The translations under genes and the position numbers were made by a program. Below, one piece after another: positions 61,279 to 64,000 of a stretch of 64,000 nucleotides of DNA; the first letter of the stretch is position 1, and each line of letters begins with the position of its first letter. The notes under the pieces were generated by a model that had not been told where the DNA came from, made no database searches, and was given only the letters and a program-made list of their open reading frames with translations. The stretch spans positions 282,297 to 346,296 of the forward strand of contig JBGMEA010000012.1 in assembly GCA_041447245.1 (NCBI GenBank), in the 5' to 3' direction. The stretch is from Anaerofustis sp. GTDB lineage: Bacteria; Bacillota; Clostridia; Eubacteriales; Anaerofustaceae.

Positions 61279-62001
61279 TTAAATTAATTCTATGTTTCCG
61301 ATTACTCCCAACTTCTCTTCTGCAATTATTAGCACACCCGAAATGCCTTCCATTGAAATGGCGTAATGCAGCGCGGATTCGATATCCGATGCACTGCGGA
61401 CGCGGTTGCATACCGATGTGGCTGCGGCATCAGCCAGGAATGCATCTTTAGAGAATATTGTAACGGCATCTGCAAGGCCAAAACTGAGTGAATGACCCAG
61501 TTTTCCCGATGAGGTGCAGATACCTAGCGGTGATTCCTCAGGTTTGATCCGCACTTTGATGCGATCTTTGAACTTGTTTTCGCCCGCATAAATTGCGACA
61601 TGACGGGGTTTGTCCGTTTTGATATACAAATCGCCGCCATTTTCGATGAGTAGATTTTCGCTGAGGGCATCCATGCGTTCCGCCAGCATCTGACTGAATG
61701 CACCGGCAACTGCGGCCATCGGGCCCACATTGGCGATTTTGGCTGCCATTGCCATTCTCCTCGCAATTTCGGGAGCTTCCCGATAAAGCGAGACAGGAGC
61801 CAGTGCCCGTTGAAATTCGGGATGGCGAATGATGTAGCGCTCCAAATCTGCCCGCAGCAGACGGATGGTTTCGGTGCAGATATCGGTTAAATCACTGTCG
61901 GCTCCGATCATGAGATCGGTTTCTTTGACGGCAACTTTAAAATAAATGAGATCATCGGCTTTCATGCTGCAGCGATAAATGCGTTCCATCGGTTCCTCCA
62001 A
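61279..62001 (-). CDS. conserved hypothetical protein (UPF0280-like) divergent from the acs-type genes
   Basis: 240-aa ORF with good codon periodicity. Family name is a tentative recollection. Confidence 0.4.
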   Translation of the reverse strand: MEEPMERIYRCSMKADDLIYFKVAVKETDLMIGADSDLTDICTETIRLLRADLERYIIRHPEFQRALAPVSLYREAPEIARRMAMAAKIANVGPMAAVAGAFSQMLAERMDALSENLLIENGGDLYIKTDKPRHVAIYAGENKFKDRIKVRIKPEESPLGICTSSGKLGHSLSFGLADAVTIFSKDAFLADAAATSVCNRVRSASDIESALHYAISMEGISGVLIIAEEKLGVIGNIELI

Positions 62002-62220
62002 GAGCGTTGACTGATAAAATTACATCAATTATAACAAACGGAGATATGTCGGGCAACTGTTGCTGCGGAATTGAGAAAAACGCCCGAAAAGTACGTATCC
62101 AAAAACATCTTGCCAAGTCAATATTGCAAGTTATATAATAACAGAATGGAATCATAATAAACCACAAACTATCAAGATCGTGCAAAAGACGATCCATTAT
62201 TATGAAAAGGAGAGAGCATT

Positions 62221-62991
62221 ATGACTTATACAATTGCTGTCGCAGGGAAAGGCGGAACAGGCAAAACAACGATTTGCGGAATGATTATCGACTACCTTGT
62301 GAAGAATCATAAAACCCCGATTCTGGCCGTTGACGCCGACGCAAACTCCAACCTCAACGAAGTGTTGGGCGTGGATGTCGAGACTACCATCGGACAGATC
62401 AGAGAAGAAGTGCTGCGTGCGGAAATGGCTCCGGTCAATCCGATTCCGCCGGGAACCTCGAAAGCGGATTATCTGAATTTCAAATTCAACCAGGCACTTG
62501 TCGAAAACGATGACTATGACATGTTGGTGATGGGAAGAACCCAAGGGGAAGGGTGCTACTGCTATGTCAACGGAATACTGAAAACACAGCTGGATAAATT
62601 CTCCGGCAATTACAAATATGTCGTCGTGGATAACGAAGCGGGCATGGAACACATCAGCCGCGGAATTCTTCCTCATGTCGATACGATTTTTCTTGTGAGC
62701 GACTGCTCGCGCAGAGGAATCCAGACCGTCGGAAGAATTGCGAAATTGATCGACGATCTGAAAATCAGAGCAAAAAACATCAAACTGATTGTCAACCGTG
62801 CGCCGAACGGAACATTGGATGATGGCATTCAGGAAGAAATCAAACTGCAGGGTCTTGATCTGATCGGCGTGATTCCGCAGGATCCGCAGGTTTACGAATA
62901 TGATTCCGCAGGGAAGCCGACCGCGACTCTGCCGGAAGATTCCCTTTCCAAACAAGCCGTCAAGGAAATTATGAGCAAACTGGATATTTAG
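62221..62991 (+). CDS. cooC: CooC/AcsF-type MinD-family ATPase (Ni-insertion accessory protein of CO dehydrogenase/acetyl-CoA synthase)
   Basis: Deviant Walker A AVAGKGGTGKTT, MinD/ParA fold, ~255 aa. Immediately followed by acsD. Confidence 0.65.
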   Translation: MTYTIAVAGKGGTGKTTICGMIIDYLVKNHKTPILAVDADANSNLNEVLGVDVETTIGQIREEVLRAEMAPVNPIPPGTSKADYLNFKFNQALVENDDYDMLVMGRTQGEGCYCYVNGILKTQLDKFSGNYKYVVVDNEAGMEHISRGILPHVDTIFLVSDCSRRGIQTVGRIAKLIDDLKIRAKNIKLIVNRAPNGTLDDGIQEEIKLQGLDLIGVIPQDPQVYEYDSAGKPTATLPEDSLSKQAVKEIMSKLDI

Positions 62992-63037
62992 TTTGTCTTT
63001 AATAATTTATATATTTTTATAGGGAGGACTATTAAAA

Positions 63038-63979
63038 ATGCCGTTTAAAACATCACCTCAAAAATTTAATGCTGCCATCGGGACAGTCGAAATCGGCAGC
63101 GGTGATAAAAAAATCGTGTTGGGGGGACAGAACGTACTTCCTTTCTACACATTCGACGCACCGATCGAACATGCACCGAAAGTCGGGGTGGAAATCTCCG
63201 ATCTCGGTCTGGAAGGTTATGCGGACGGAATCAAAGAATTCTACGGCAACGCGACGGATATTGCCGAAATCGCGAAAAAGGCACAGAGCATGGAAGGTGC
63301 GGATTTTATCTGCCTGAGAATGGACGGAGCCGATCCGAACGGAGACAATCAGCCGGTTGAAGAATGTGTTGCAATCGCAAAAAAAGTTGCGGATGCCATT
63401 GATCTTCCGCTGATGATTGCGGGATGCAAAAACAACGAAAAAGACTCCGTTCTTTTCGAAAAGATTGCAGAAGCCCTTTCCGGCAAAAACGTGGCATTCC
63501 TTTCCGCAAAGGAAGAAACTTACAAAGTAGTCGGCGCATCCGCCGGACTTGCTTACAATCAGGTCGTCGGTGCGGAATCCGCCTGCGATATCAACCTTGC
63601 CAAACAGCTCAATGTATTGCTCACACAACTCGGCGTAGGCGCAAAGAGCATTGTGATGAACCTCGGTTCTGCAGCTGCAGGCTACGGTTTTGAATATGTT
63701 TCATCCACGATGGACAGAGTCATTCTTGCGGCGCTCGGTCAGAACGACGCAATGTTGCAGATGCCTGTTGTGACACCGGTTTCTTTCGAAACATGGACGG
63801 TAAAAGAATCCGTTATGGCGGAAGCGGACGCTCCGGAATGGGGCAGTGTCGAACTCAGAGGAATCGACATGGAAGTCGTTACGGCGGCTGCATGTTTGGC
63901 ATCCAGCTCGAATGCTGTGATCCTCAGACACCCCAGAAGCGTGGCAACCATTTCCAAAATGATCAAAGAATTAATGTAA
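63038..63979 (+). CDS. acsD: CO dehydrogenase/acetyl-CoA synthase delta subunit (corrinoid iron-sulfur protein small subunit)
   Basis: 313 aa, N-terminus ...TVEIGSGDKKIVLGGQNVLPFYTFD.... Length and composition match CdhD/AcsD TIM-barrel proteins. RBS TAGGGAGGACTATTAAAA. Confidence 0.65.
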   Translation: MPFKTSPQKFNAAIGTVEIGSGDKKIVLGGQNVLPFYTFDAPIEHAPKVGVEISDLGLEGYADGIKEFYGNATDIAEIAKKAQSMEGADFICLRMDGADPNGDNQPVEECVAIAKKVADAIDLPLMIAGCKNNEKDSVLFEKIAEALSGKNVAFLSAKEETYKVVGASAGLAYNQVVGAESACDINLAKQLNVLLTQLGVGAKSIVMNLGSAAAGYGFEYVSSTMDRVILAALGQNDAMLQMPVVTPVSFETWTVKESVMAEADAPEWGSVELRGIDMEVVTAAACLASSSNAVILRHPRSVATISKMIKELM

Positions 63980-64000
63980 TTTAGTTTTAGAAAGATATCG

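Overview
This 64-kb window looks like chromosomal DNA from a Gram-positive anaerobe of the Clostridia. GGAGG-type ribosome-binding sites are used throughout, a T-box leader precedes valS, and the gene content is anaerobe-typical (FeoAB, flavodoxin/ferredoxin fusions, corrinoid methyltransferases, and cooC plus acsD of the Wood-Ljungdahl acs cluster at the 3' end).

Core genes present: valS with a Val T-box, lgt, tadA, a phosphohexomutase, azoR, ccdA with a TlpA-like thioredoxin, an LCP-family envelope protein, a UPF0182 membrane protein, a flotillin/NfeD pair, feoA-feoA-feoB with a divergent DtxR-family regulator, and a GGDEF cyclase plus a PAS-HD-GYP phosphodiesterase.

Interleaved are lower-GC accessory patches:
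- three paralogous URO-D-family corrinoid methyltransferases with a B12-binding corrinoid protein, a DUF3786 protein, and two GntR and two TetR regulators (an O-demethylase-like toolkit);
- a tandem pair of J-domain (HPD) coiled-coil proteins behind a 600-bp AT-rich region;
- a two-gene cassette of an unknown protein plus a GIY-YIG-like protein;
- a 2TM K+ channel fused to a long 10-residue-repeat domain;
- five tandem zinc-ribbon/DUF4190 paralogs;
- a NERD-domain gene inside a decayed, ORF-poor patch;
- a split COG0523 (CobW/ZigA-like) metallochaperone;
- a small lipoprotein gene bracketed by two copies of a ~95-bp element.

No rRNA, tRNA, CRISPR array or intact transposase was seen. All calls rest on reading the sequence and the ORF translations. 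No database search was run, so family names beyond well-known motifs are tentative.
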